A stretch of 63,957 nt of DNA from Octopus bimaculoides (GCF_001194135.2 NC_068986.1:32761514-32825470); one strand, 5' to 3'. Positions 38,339-51,474 are shown, numbered from the stretch's first letter. The notes: generated from the letters alone by a model not told the origin. Numbers and translations: made by a program.

Positions 38339-39742
38339 TAACTAGTTTTAGGTATTGTTCAAAGGACTTTTGCGAACTTTTTATGAACTCCCCACGTCAT
38401 GTGTAAACTGCAGCAGAAAGTGTTTGTAGTCACCAGAAGTCCGTCAGTTGGCCCTTTTGATAAGAATAGCCATACTATTTACTAGTGTAGCGGAATATGG
38501 CAATTGTGATCAGCACCTTCGTTCAGACTCGTAGTAAGCCTAATGGCAAAATTACTTATAGTTATTAGATTTAAATGTTAGCCATCAGTGAGATCATATT
38601 TTCCAGGACGCAAACTCTCGCTAGCTTAGGTTTCTATAAAAGGGTGAATGGAGTAGAGAATATCATTGAGAAGATGAGCTTCGATGGGGCTCTGATCCAG
38701 ACTAAATAACTACATGCAACAGCCAACACAAATCATAAACTCTGCCTACCAACTGTGTACAGTATATCAGGTGAAATATTTGGCACACTATGTCTTATGA
38801 ACCCTCTTTCTTTTATATGTTGTCTATTTCGTTATTTATTTAACAATGGTAACATGACACTGAAACTTCTCTCAAATGAGCAGCACTTTATTTCTTGTCA
38901 ACGCTGGAGTTATTGTGTTTACCTGTTATACCTTAATACAATATAACTCTTCATTGAAATTATGCATGAATTGCAAAATAAATTGTTCATTCTTCGAATA
39001 GCTTTAAATAGAAAAAATATGAATTGGAATGTAACGGATTTATGGCTTCCTCGGGTATTGTCAGTCCATCAAAGTCTATAAATCTGGTCATCATATCACC
39101 TTTCGGTTTCTGCAGATAGAGACAATAACAATCCAGATCTTTATCTAATATGAAATCACTATATTTATTTTCATTTTATTATTTGTATATTGAGATACTG
39201 TTGATAATTACGACTTGAAATGCTATTTTTGTAAAATGTAATTTTCCTGATAAAAAGATGTATAATTCCCTTTTACTTTAATAAGATTCATACTGTTTCC
39301 CTGCAATTTGATGTTCATCTCATTTAATTTGTTGAAGATTCTGGAAAGATATGTGATGTCAATACTTTAGCTTACTTGTTCATTACACATTTCTCATTAC
39401 ACGGCTTTTTAGAAATATCTAAAATAGTATCTTGAAATATCGAGAATGTGTCACAGACAATTTCCTTTACTAAACCATGAATCTCAATAAAAGGTGTTTG
39501 AATTCTTGTTCATTTTCACGGCAATATTTCCAGAAAAAAAGAGGAGTATTTAACAGTTGAGTTTTTTAACTTATTCACGGATTTAGTAACATTGTACAAA
39601 CTTTTGCTGTCTACCTATGAAATATTTTGCAGTTAAATGTTGACCATTAATAATGGAATTAATCGTAAAAATAATTGGAGCTTCTTTTAGATAAGCGCCA
39701 AATCCACGATGGTGACCAATCATAGTAAGCGTTCTACCGACT

Positions 39743-40064
39743 GAGACCCCTTTCGGTCATAACTGACCATGTGATTGCACCTAGAAAGTTACCCTCCCTA
39801 GCACAAATCCGGGCAAGGTTGTTTATGGAAGACCAGCAGTCACCCATGGATACTGGCCTCCCCTCTCCACGCCACCAGTGTTATCCAAGAGAAAGGCAAA
39901 GGCCGATACAGCTTGGCACCAGTGACGTCGCAACTCATTTCTACAGCTGAGTGAACTGGAGCATCGTGAAATAAAGTGTCTTGCTCAAAAACACAATACG
40001 AAGCATGGTCCGGAATTCGAACTCACAACCTCACAATCGTAAACTCGACAGCTTGAGCATGCAC
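39743..40064 (-). mobile_element. tRNA-derived SINE, family C2 (long tail variant)
   Basis: CAGCTGAGTGAACTGGAGCATCGTGAAATAAAGTGTCTTGCTCAAAAACAC...GGAATTCGAACTC, shared with 34917. Confidence 0.75.
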
Positions 40065-40744
40065 GTAAAGACTTCCGCGTTGGCTGTCGAAAATATTATA
40101 CTGTTGGAATGCGATTTTATAGAATATGCGATGACAGACTCGTACCTTTGAATCGTTGTATTATCCTACCATGTTTAATACATACAGGATATTGTTGTTA
40201 CCGTTGTTGCCGTTCTTGACTAGCTTCAGGTTAATCCTGATTGCGCAGATATGATTAAAGGTATACCAGCCAGCCAAGACAAACCTGTACGTAAACACCC
40301 CTCACACAAATATATGTATGTATGTACGTATATATTATTTTTCTATGAAGGTAACCCATAGCTACATTATCCGACGTGTATTTTTCTAAGACATTGGAAT
40401 CTGATTTGAAGGGAGATTTTGGATGCTGTTTATAGCAAGTCGAGCGAACAAACCACCAGATAGAAAAATTCTCGTTAGCTCGCGCCTATTACTCGCATCT
40501 ATGACGTGTTTCTATTTGCATTCATGTTTATTTTTTTTTTGTTTTTGTTTTTTCTTTCCCAACGTAACCATAGAGGACCTAATCTTGCTTATTTCCCTTT
40601 CGAGTTCCTTTCGCTTTGATAGCTTTTCAATTTCCTTTCGGACGATGTTTTGGGCGGAAGTAATTGAGATGTCTATTAGAGGGCATAGGATTTTGAGGGA
40701 TTTATTATTTTTTTTTCTTTTCTGTCTGTAATTGTTATATCTAG

Positions 40745-40780
40745 GTTGTTTCTGTTTGATCTCCTTGTCAGTCTCGACAG
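40745..40780 (+). CDS. candidate 36-nt exon, or 9-nt microexon at 40772-40780
   Basis: Long pyrimidine tract, two AG acceptors (40744 and 40771), CAG|GTATGT donor. Both lengths preserve frame. Confidence 0.3.
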
Positions 40781-40861
40781 GTATGTCCCCAAAGTAACAA
40801 ACATATATCATTCTCATATACCGGATTTTGGTTCGAGTTTATATCGTTTCTTTGCTATAAT

Positions 40862-41565
40862 TATTCTCATCATCAACATCATCATCATCATCATCATCAT
40901 CATTATCGTCGTCGTCGTCTTCGTCGTCGTCGTAATCGTTGTCGTCGTCATCATCATCATCATTATCACCAAGGTCGAGGTTGTGGTGGTCTTTAGGTTC
41001 ATCGTCATCAACATGATTCTCCACATTCGCCGTCGTCGACGTCCTCGTCGTCGTCGTCAACATCGATGTCATCTGCATCATCCTTATCATCATCATTATC
41101 ATCATCGTCGTCGTTGTTGTCGTCTTCGTCGTCGTCATCGTCATCGTCATTACCATCATCTCCATCATCATGATCATCAACATCAACATCATCACCACCA
41201 CAATCATCATCGTCATCACCATCATCACCATCATCACTGTCATCGTCCTAATCATCATCATCATCATGGTCATCATCATGGTCATCATCAGGGTCATCAT
41301 CGTCCTCATCATCGTTATCATCATCATCATCATCATTATCAGCATCATCCTAATTATCATCTTCATCGTCGTCGTTATCATCATAGCCATCGTCATCAAC
41401 ACCATCGTCGTCGTCTTTGTCGTAATCATCATCATCATCGTCGTCGTTGACGCCGTCGTCAACGCAGTCGTCGCCGTGATCGGCATCACCCCCACTACCA
41501 CCACCACCGTTATCATCATCATCGTCATCATCATCATCGTCATCATCATCATCATCATCATCACT
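40862..41565. repeat. compound (CAT)/(CGT) trinucleotide array
   Basis: Directly visible. Confidence 0.9.
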
Positions 41566-41700
41566 GCTATGAAGACGGTGTGCATTACAAATGTGACTGC
41601 AGGGAGATATTTATTTCCGAAAAAATCGAAACTGGTGAAAAGACACTTAAAGGATTTCTAAGCAGAAGATACAATACATGTATGTATATATACGTATATG

Positions 41701-41741
<41 letters not shown>

Positions 41742-41986
41742 TTGAACGCGAATGAAGTGAGAATAGAAAGCAATGCATTACGAATATATCAGAAATATTG
41801 TGTAAGGAACCTATGTATATCAAGGAAGATCAGCGATGAATATGCAAAAAGAGAAAAGAAAAAAAATGGCAAGCCTGGACACATTTAGCATCGCAGCTTT
41901 TTACTACGCAAGCGGTTAATGACTGAGATGCGAATCAATACGTATGCATACACATATATAAACGCACATACACACGTGCATATATG

Positions 41987-42018
<32 letters not shown>

Positions 42019-42099
42019 CATATATATATATATATATTCATATATACATGTATATATATGAATATATACATATATATATTCATATATATATATATACAT

Positions 42100-42142
<43 letters not shown>

Positions 42143-42194
42143 TACACATGCATATTCATAAATATACATATACACATATATATACAAGTATGTA

Positions 42195-42234
<40 letters not shown>

Positions 42235-42348
42235 AATATATATACATGTATTTATATGTCTATATATATATATATGTAGATATATATATGTATATATAGA
42301 TACATATATATGCATATATATACATGTATATATGTATATGTTGATATC

Positions 42349-42379
<31 letters not shown>

Positions 42380-42387
42380 CTATCTAT

Positions 42388-42428
<41 letters not shown>

Positions 42429-42574
42429 CATATATATATGTGTGTGTGTATGTGTGTGCGTGTGTGTGTGTATACGTAAATAACACGTGCTAATTTTACT
42501 TTTGTCACTATTAACAGTAACCAAACAAAACACCCTCAACCCTCACTTTCTCAGTCGCTGTCTTTCTGTCTCTC

Positions 42575-42618
<44 letters not shown>

Positions 42619-43074
42619 ACTCTCGCTCTCATTTCCACCGTACGCAAGCGATGTAGAAAATATTTGCATAGAAGATGTTGTTACCTAAATTTATGATTCT
42701 ACAAAATGCTGGACAGAATCCTAAAAGTGAGAGAGAGACATTTGACTCCAAGGTGCAGAAATGTTAGATCTACGAATAATAAATTTATGTCTTATTAAAG
42801 GTAGCATATCCAAAAATGTAGTCCAGACTCACGGGCTCTGAAACTCAATTCTTCAGTCTGTGTATAAACCTACTGTGTCTAACTTTTTGTCCCTTTGAAT
42901 TGAAGACTTCGATATAGTGACGTAAAAAAAAAAAACGGTTAATTACTCNNNNNNNNNNNNCACCTTGAACAAATATTTTCTACTATAGTCTCAGGCCGAG
43001 CAAAGAAAAAATAAATAAATAAATAAATAAATAGATAATTAAACGATAATAATAATAATAATAATAAAAATAAC

Positions 43075-43106
<32 letters not shown>

Positions 43107-43107
43107 T

Positions 43108-43185
43108 AGCAAGTTTCATCTAATACCGTTCACAACATTGTGAGTTATTTTGCACACAGACGGACAAACCAACGCCAATGAAATA
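43108..43185 (+). mobile_element. possible Helentron-associated (HINE/DINE-like) element fragment
   Basis: CAAGTTTCATCTAATACCGTTCACAACATTGTGAGTTATTTTGCACACAGACGGACAAACCAACGCCAATGAAA resembles the 3' region of such elements as I recall them. A decayed palindrome CTCGACTAGGCGGAG occurs at ~43528. Confidence 0.3.
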
Positions 43186-43868
43186 CTACTACTACTACTA
43201 CTACTACTAATAATAATAATAAATGAATACAAGAATACCTTAACCAAAGTGCCCGTCTCTTATTTAAGACAGTAGAGTGTTATCTGAGGGACATGGTTTG
43301 CTATATTTCGTCGCAGTTGGAGAGAAAGTTCTTTATCGCACAACAGAGAATCTCCTTCATTCAATCTCGAGGCTTTCTTCAACTGACCGTTATTCAATGG
43401 AATCTGTGTCGTACTTTCTTATTTCTTGCTTCATTGCTTTCGTTGTCAAGGAGAGTTTTAATTAATGACCGTCCCGAAAAAAAAAAACCATAATAATAAT
43501 AATAATAATAATAAAACAAGCATATATACTCGACTAGGCGGAGAATGCTAATAGCTGGATTTCACTGCTTTCAAACAAATTACACTTATTAAATTCTTTA
43601 AATTCCACTGGTAGAAGCGTATAAAGGTTAGAAAAAAAGATTTCTCGTAAATAAGGGTGGTGATGCATGGGGAGAAAACAGATAAGAGTGTCAAATCGAA
43701 ATGAAGAGTGGAAAAGCAAGTACTCGAAGGTTCAAGTGTTACTAGGGCTGAAGTAAGAAGACTCGGCTCGGAACGCAAAATAGCTTTAAATCAACTTTTC
43801 AAAATGTTACAGCTAGTTATTCATATGTATTAGTCTGTAGATTTGTTGTCTTTTGAAGGAAGATATTA

Positions 43869-43900
<32 letters not shown>

Positions 43901-44172
43901 GGTTAATAATAATAATAATAATATTTTTTCTACTCTTTACATCCTCACCAGAGTTGAAAGTCTGCCCACTCAAATTTGAAGAGACAAAAACAGGCGAAAA
44001 TCTGAAGGCAAAAGGCCGGGCGAATTTGGTAGGTGAAGCAAAATAAGCTGAGTTCAATCCCACTTGTTACTATTGTTCGCAATCTCCATTAACATCTCTA
44101 ATAAACATCGCATGAATTTGAGCTTTTCATTGGTCTTCCACCACCCAAATATGTTACGACAGATGTACTATA

Positions 44173-44768
44173 TACGAGGGTTATATCAAAAGTAACGCAA
44201 ACTTGGGCACTGCCTTTCCCTATTAACTACTATAGGTCGTCCAAACGTCACAAGTTGGGAGGTTAAATCGTCTTCTATAGCAGTGGTGTTAAAAAGCGGA
44301 GTCCATATGTACCATGAGGGTCTATATAAGAATATGTGGGGGTCTACGCAACAAAGTAGCAATTTGGGGATGCAGAATAATATTGTAAAGGCCCCTGAAA
44401 AAATTTGCTTTAGATAAAGATATTGGTATGTATTGCAAGACGCCGCTAGAGTTCTTACTCGGACATTTCATGTAGTTCAATGGCTATGGAAATCCACCAG
44501 AATAAAAGAGTAATCAAGGGGCTCCATTGATAAAAAAAAATGGTAGAGATTCCCTGTTCTATAGTAGCTCTTCTTCCTGTATTTTTTTCTTTCATCGTAT
44601 GCAAATGATGCCGTCATTGAGTTCTTGACAAACGAGGAGTAGAAGTTGTCTGATATCCGCAGAAGTCTATAGCTGATGTATGAAGATGACGTTATTGGCA
44701 TGAACAATGTGCATACATGAATGATGACATATAAAGAAGAAGGAAAGAGTATTGAGGACAAACTACGC
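44173..44768 (+). mobile_element. mariner transposon 5' remnant (TIR plus disrupted transposase N-terminal HTH)
   Basis: TA|CGAGGGTTATATCAAAAGTAACGC TIR at 44173. 44610-44768 translates AVIEFLTNEE*KLSDIRRSL*LMYEDDVIGMNNVHT*MMTYKEEGKSIEDKLR, matching mariner 'RAVIEFL...IHRRL..VYG....V..W...F..GR.SIED.PR'. Confidence 0.8.
44281..44556. mobile_element. hAT-family MITE inserted into the mariner remnant
   Basis: CAG...CTG termini flanked by a perfect 8-bp TSD, TTCTATAG, at 44273-44280 and 44557-44564. Confidence 0.85.
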
Positions 44769-44921
44769 AGGAGTGGCTGTGTGGTAAGTAGCTTGCTTAC
44801 CAACCACATGGTTCCGGGTTCAGTACCACTGTATGGCACCTTGGGCAAGTGTCTTCTACTATAGCCTCGGGCCGACCAAAGCCTTGTGAGTGGATTTGGT
44901 AGATGGAAACTGTAAGAAACT

Positions 44922-44987
<66 letters not shown>

Positions 44988-45196
44988 GTGTTTGTGTGTT
45001 TGTGTTTGTCCCCCCAACATCGCTTGACAACCGATGCTGGTGTGTTTACGTCCCCGTAACTTAGCGGTTCGGCAAAAGAGACCGATAGAATAAGTACTAG
45101 GCTTACAAAGAATAAGTTCTGGGGTCGATTTGCTCGACTAAAGGCGGTGCTCCAGCATGGCCGCAGTCAAATGACTGAAACAAGTAAAAGAGAGTA
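44766..45196 (+). mobile_element. SINE family B (best-preserved copy), truncating the mariner remnant
   Basis: GCAGGAGTGGCTGTGTGGTAAG (A box)...GGTTCCGGGTTCAGTACC (B box)...GCACCTTGGGCAAGTGTCTT (CORE-like), internal (TA)n, tail ending TAAAAGAG. Confidence 0.92.
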
Positions 45197-45262
45197 AAAG
45201 AGATTGGTACTGATATGTATTTAAAGGAGAGCTGCATTATAATTACAATCAATATCATCATT

Positions 45263-45358
45263 ATGAAGGGCAAAGTCGACTTCAACAGAATTTGAACTCA
45301 GAACGTAAAGATGGACGAAATAGCGCTAAGCATCTTGCGTGGCGTGATAATAATTCCG
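45263..45358 (-). mobile_element. SINE family A head fragment
   Basis: ATGAAGGGCAAAGTCGACTTCAACAGAATTTGAACTCAGAACGT...GCTAAGCA. Confidence 0.8.
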
Positions 45359-45394
45359 AAAACTTTCTACCTTATTAGAAGCAAACACTGATTT

Positions 45395-45578
45395 CAAATG
45401 TTGGCACAAGGCCAGAAATATCGGTGGAGGAGATAAGTAAATTAAGTCGGCCCCTAAAAGGATGAAAAGCAATGTCGACGTCGACCTTTACGGAATTTGA
45501 ACTCAGAACATAAATGCGGGCAAAATGCCGCTAAGCATTTCGCCCGGCGAGCTAACGATTCTGCATGCTCACTGACTT
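45395..45578 (-). mobile_element. SINE family A with internal deletion
   Basis: GGCACAAGGCCAGAAA tail...GGAATTTGAACTCAGAAC...CCGCTAAGCATTTCGCCCGGCGAGCTAACGATTCTGC. Confidence 0.85.
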
Positions 45579-46806
45579 AATAAGGGCAAATATTACGAAG
45601 ACTTTTTTACGATATTAAAAGGAATTATCTAGGATCGATTGTGTTCACTAACTTCCACCTCTCAAAATTACTGGCCATGTTCCTTAAATCAGTAACCATC
45701 ATTACTAAGGGTTGATAACATTTCCAGTCATCTACAGGATTTGATGTAATCGATTGTTACCCTGTCATCTAAATTTGAAGCCTCATATCTCAAATTTGGA
45801 GTAAGAAACAGTTGACTACAGTTTTTAAAATATAACTTTAAATACTGATTTAAAGAAATCATTTTTAAAGTTACATTTATGTAATTCGGATTGTTGAGAG
45901 CTTATAGTGGTGGTCAGTAATTTCAATATGCTTTCTTGTGACCACAGATCAATTCTTTCGCGGGCAGTCTGGTATATTATCAACCGAGTTCTATGTAAGC
46001 TCTTTAAATCATATAACACTACAAAAAGCAACAACAAACACAAAAACACCGAAGAGCAAACGAAGTGTAATATAATAAAAATTGTATTTAATACTATACA
46101 AAACAATCGAGAATTTTATATTTTCATTTTACCATTTTCTTTTTTGATATTTTTTTTCTGTTTTTAATCAGTCTTTATATTTTTATTTATACTTTATTTT
46201 AAATGTCTATGTATTTGTTTTTCATTGTGGATTTTCTTTCCTTTTTTTTTTCTGCATCAGTTACAACTCGAACCTACCTGCTGTAGCTGTGTAATACCAA
46301 CGATGATATCAACCAACGACAGCAAAGTATTTTAGTAGGCAATTAGTAACATTAAATCAGAGGCAGTAGTTAAAAAGCGGCGGTTATTATATAGCAAGAA
46401 AGTGTACGACTGTAGCAATTAGTAAGATTATAAGGGAAGCCATTAAAGAAGCGTTAGTAACAATGCATAGGCGACTAACAAAAAGCAATGCCACTATTAG
46501 TAGGACTGTATAATTACAAACACCAATATTACTTTAACAATGATGGTTATAATTACTAGTAATAACCAAGTAGGATGTAATTTAGAAGGTGGTTGTCTGA
46601 GAACGTGTCTGTTACACAGTCAGCGCGTGAATGACTGTGAATGTGGGTTGTGTTTATGTATATATCTCTATATGTGTATATGGGTGTGTGTTTACGTATG
46701 TTGTTGATATGTGTCTGCAGCTGTGTATGCATGTATGTATGTGTAATATTTGTGCATGCGTATTATATATTTGTGTGTTTGGGTGCGACGAGACACACAC
46801 AATGCA

Positions 46807-46883
<77 letters not shown>

Positions 46884-48825
46884 TATATATATGTGTGTGT
46901 ACGTGTATGTGTGTTATATTTGAATATGTACGTTAGTATACATTTGTTTTGCGTGTGTAAGCATGCGTATACTCTTGTGTACTTTTGTGTGTGAGTATAT
47001 TTCATTACGGATAGTGTGTGCTTTTATGCGTGTGCATGTGAGTGTGTAAGGTGTGGGTGTTCAGAAGGAGGGGAGGAGGAAGAGAGAGAGAGGGGGGAGG
47101 GGAGTGAATGGGTTTGGGTGTGCTTCAATGAAATACGTGAATGCGTGAAACTAAGTTTGATGTGATTGCGTATGTTTGAATGGAGTACGTTTATTTGCGA
47201 CTTATACATTATGTGTGTCTGTAGCTGCGTGTGCATGTGTGATTATATGCGTGTGTATGCATGGATGAGTGCGTATGCAAGGGTGCTATTGTGTGTGTGT
47301 GTACAAGTGCATGTGTGTTTAGCTGTCTATGTATGCGATTCCCAAGCAATTGATGCATCTATAGACAGAATGCAAATATTCTGAACGTGCAAAATGCTAC
47401 AGAAATAGAGCGAAATAGATAACAGGGAATAAGACTTAGGGAAAAAGGGATAGATAGTAAAAAGGGACAAATTAAAAACAAGACCTTATATATATGTGTA
47501 TACATATGCATAACGAGAGGGAGGGAGAGAGAGAGACTAAAATATCAATAGATTAGTAAGTTAAGGGAGGAAGAGAAACAAGGAGAAAAAGTGATGGAGA
47601 TAAGGAAAGAGACGAGCTGGTTTATAGATTTTTAACAAAAAAATTAAGCACAAATGATAATAGATATAATATACATGAGAGGTGAGAAATGAGATTACGT
47701 GATGTTCATGATCCAAACGAATGAGCTGCTTCATCGAAGCGAAAAGGCTTGACCTAGTAATTGATCTGAGCTCACTGACAACATGATAGGGAAATTCTAC
47801 TGTAAATGAATTCTAGACCAATTTATTTTAACTGGAAAACATTTACAAATGTAAGAGGATATTCACACATTTTATAGTTTCTACAACGATAACGTGCTAC
47901 AAAAGTGTAGGTTACGAAAGTATATCGTCAACTTTAATGTCTTCGATAAACAAAACAAAACAGCGTCCATTAATTGTAATTAAGAACTATATTTTTACAC
48001 ATTTTTTTTTAGTATTATTTATTTATGGAATTATTTATTTTATTTTGCAATTAAAACTGAAATAAAAAAAATAGTACCGAAATGTGGAATTCAGTTGTTT
48101 TTTCTTTCTATGGAATATTCAGAATAACCTTGAATATGTTTGACTCTTTTGAAAATCGTTGTATGAAAATAGAAAAATTTAATTCCTATCATCTTAACTC
48201 AACATAGATTCGGAAATTTTCATTCATATTCAGTAAAACAATTGTGAAATTTTATCCTTCACTTGAATTCAAAATCATTAAAAAATATTATGCGATTATG
48301 AGAAATTGAGTGGATTTGCTTATGCAATTAACTGGTGAATTTTACCTAGATTTGACGCTAAAAAGTTATACAATTAACCGATGTATGTAATTAAGTGGAG
48401 TTTGATCGTATGCTATTTAGTGTTTCATTTAAAGTGTTTATTTTATCGTTATACAATAGTCTTAGCAATAAATAAAACTTTGAAATATGTAAAAAAAAAA
48501 AATTTTTTAACAGAAAATAATCGAAAATGAAATTTGTAGCAAAAGAAATAAAGGCATCAACAATGACGAGATACCTGACATGAAAAAGGACTTGTGAGCC
48601 AAGGAAGACATATTAGAATAATAATGATGTTTAACATAACCCAGACATTTTCAAGAAGATAATTATAGTGGATTCAATACAAGACGGGATGGGCCTTATT
48701 TTATAGAGGAGGATGAAAGTGAAATTAAATCGCAGAAAGGATTGAGTTCACAGCATACGGAGATGTAATTTAAATGCTGCAAGTCAGTGGCAATACCAGT
48801 TCTAACATCCAGTATCCGCCCTGTG

Positions 48826-48872
<47 letters not shown>

Positions 48873-48900
48873 AATAAAAATAATAATCCATTCATGAATT

Positions 48901-48966
<66 letters not shown>

Positions 48967-49049
48967 AATACATATTTTACCTGTGAATTTGTGTGTGTAA
49001 ACTGGGAATGCATACAATGAGTTTCTCTGTCCTTGGTGTACGGAAAGCG

Positions 49050-49091
<42 letters not shown>

Positions 49092-50161
49092 GGATGATGA
49101 TGACTTTACCATATGTACAAAGTCAAATATATTGAAGCATATTATAATGAATTGAATCGACAAGACTACTTTACTACTATTAATTAACGAGTGAGTTAAT
49201 TAATTTGTCTGCTTTGTTTCCATATTTGTTTGTCTGTATGTTTTGTTTTTGATCCCGGTATTCATAATGATAGAAATGTCGACAGACATCGGTGGAGTTT
49301 GAACATGGGACGTAAATTGATAATATAATGAGGAACGAAGAGGAAAGATGAAGAAAGAAAGAGTGGAGGAGGAGCATGGGGATGTGACAGTGTGAGAATT
49401 AACAGCAGAAATAACCAAAAAAAAAAAAAAGCATAACCAGAAAAATATCAATGGCAACTGAAAAAAAATAATAATAAAAACCTTCATAACAACTAACACC
49501 ATCCTCAACTTATTACAACAAGAACGAAATAAGCAGCAGCAGCCACGAAACGTGAGCAACAACAACAGCAACAACAGACAAAGCCGATGAAAACTTGACA
49601 GCGTGAGAAAAGCAGCAGCAGACATTACAACAACAATAATAATAATATAAAAAAAGGTAACACTGGCTGGCGCAGGAATATAAACAACCTACACAAGCGA
49701 TAGTAAAAGTAACAACAAGCTTCATAACAACGGCAATAATGACAACAAAAATAATAGAGACAAGAGCAGAAGCTGCAAAAAATATCAATAAATATCACAA
49801 TGATAATAATAGTAATAATAATAATAATAACAATAGCAGAAAGAACAATACTTTTTCAAAACATCAGCCACAACATAAGAATAACGATAATGGAAAGAGG
49901 CTATACTAAATTTACTTACAATCCTTGTAAGCATAACAGCAACAACAACGATAACAGGAACAACAAAAGCAACAACAAAATAGTGTACAAGAATAGAGCA
50001 TCCCATGCTAGTCAACAGTACAATATAACATAATGCTGTATGTGTGCGTTTGTGTGCATTTGTACATTGGTAAGTAGGTATATGTACAAGCACGCATATA
50101 CATATACGAACAGGCACATACAAACACTCATACGCATACACACTCACGCACGCACACACAC

Positions 50162-50214
<53 letters not shown>

Positions 50215-50518
50215 AGCAATGTTATATATATATTTGTAAAAATAATGCTTCATACAGTCAAAATATTTGAAGAAATAATTTCTTAAAATATAGATTATAA
50301 ATCATATAAAATAATCTTATAGACACAAAATGACACAAACCTTTTGGCAAGTGGTTTTCCTATTACGTGTAAGCGCTTTCGGTGTTAACTTTCAAAGCAC
50401 TCCTATTATGGGGTACTTTGTATTCAGTTGAAATTCAGTGGAAATTCAATGGAAATTCAGTGGAATACATCCACTGGTTTTCAAAAATAGAAATATTATT
50501 ATTTCTAAGTCTATTTAA

Positions 50519-50873
50519 AGGAGACTACGGCAGCGGTACTGGATATTAATATTGGCGATAATTACAACCAGTAGATGTATTACACTGAATTTAAGTAAAT
50601 TATCCTTCGTACAGACGGTCAGTAGCGACGCGTGCTGGGTTCGGCTGCTCTACATTGATAAGGGGTAATACCCGAAACTAGTCTGTAGAAACTAGTCTGT
50701 AGATGCCAGACCTACTGTTCGAAGGTTATAATGGACAAGGTTCGTGTGTCACATAGCTAGCTAAAGGCGATGGCCTCTTGGAGCTAATCAACGGCAGCAT
50801 TCGTCCTACTTTTTGGACTGCCACGTTGGCTTGGCGATAACTATTAATATCCAGTACCGCTACCGTAATCTCT
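50519..50873. mobile_element. inverted-repeat element (~31-bp TIRs) carrying a hammerhead-containing insert
   Basis: GAGACTACGGCAGCGGTACTGGATATTAATA / TATTAATATCCAGTACCGCTACCGTAATCTC (2 mismatches). Flanked by TTAA (50515) and TTAG (50874). Internal direct repeat TTGGCGATAA at 50552 and 50831. Confidence 0.85.
50649..50689 (+). ncRNA. minimal type I hammerhead ribozyme motif (U3-A8 variant)
   Basis: TCTACA-TTGATAA-G-GGGT AAT ACCC-GAAA-C TA G-TC-TGTAGA: 6-bp stem I, 4-bp stem II, GAAA, palindromic ACTAGT stem III and a GUC cleavage triplet. Confidence 0.72.
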
Positions 50874-50984
50874 TTAGAGAGACTTAGAAATAATAATAGT
50901 TCTACATGTATGTATATATATATATAAAGACTTACTTGGAAATGGATCCATGGCGCTCAATCAAATAATAAAATAAAATAAGAA

Positions 50985-51408
50985 ATACGAAAACAAATGA
51001 GTTCAATACGCAAACACCGAGAGAAACAAATGGAGAACAGGACAAGTAACATAAAGAACGACCCTTCATCAGTTATCGGCTATCTATCTACGCCTCATAT
51101 GGAGCATTCAACAACAATATGAGTCTTCGAAGACAGATGCTCCTATAAGTACCAAAATAAAATTTGGGATTTATGGAGGGTCAAAATTGGGAACAAAAAC
51201 AAGACAGTGGAGACATACAAGAAACCGAACGAAAACAAACATAAAGCGTTGTTAGACCAGAACGATAGGAAAATAGTGAATGCTGGGAGAAACTTTTGTT
51301 TTCGTTTTGAAAAGAGAAAATATAGAATAGGGAGAGAAAAACACGTCCGTTCGTTTAAACGTCCGTGCAGAAGAAGAAAGATGGTCACGTGAGGAAAAGA
51401 AGGATATA
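50985..51408 (-). repeat. dispersed repeat, unclassified (adjacent to Penelope-like fragment)
   Basis: Resembles a common octopus repeat from memory and abuts the gap next to the 51475 element. No second copy in this window. Confidence 0.35.
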
Positions 51409-51474
51409 TATANNNNNNNNNNNNNNNNNNNNNNNNNNNNNNNNNNNNNNNNNNNNNNNATATATATATATATA

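Noticed and set aside
40512-40817. Minus-strand coiled-coil-like ORF (IVRKEIEKLSKRKELEREISKIR)
   Set aside because: The Lys/Glu/Arg richness follows from the pyrimidine-rich opposite strand, splice signals are weak, and no family is recognised. Not excluded, but unsupported.
48540-48700. Possible mariner catalytic-region remnant (NPDIFKKIIIVDS)
   Set aside because: Only one short loose match, with no TIR or DDD motif context.
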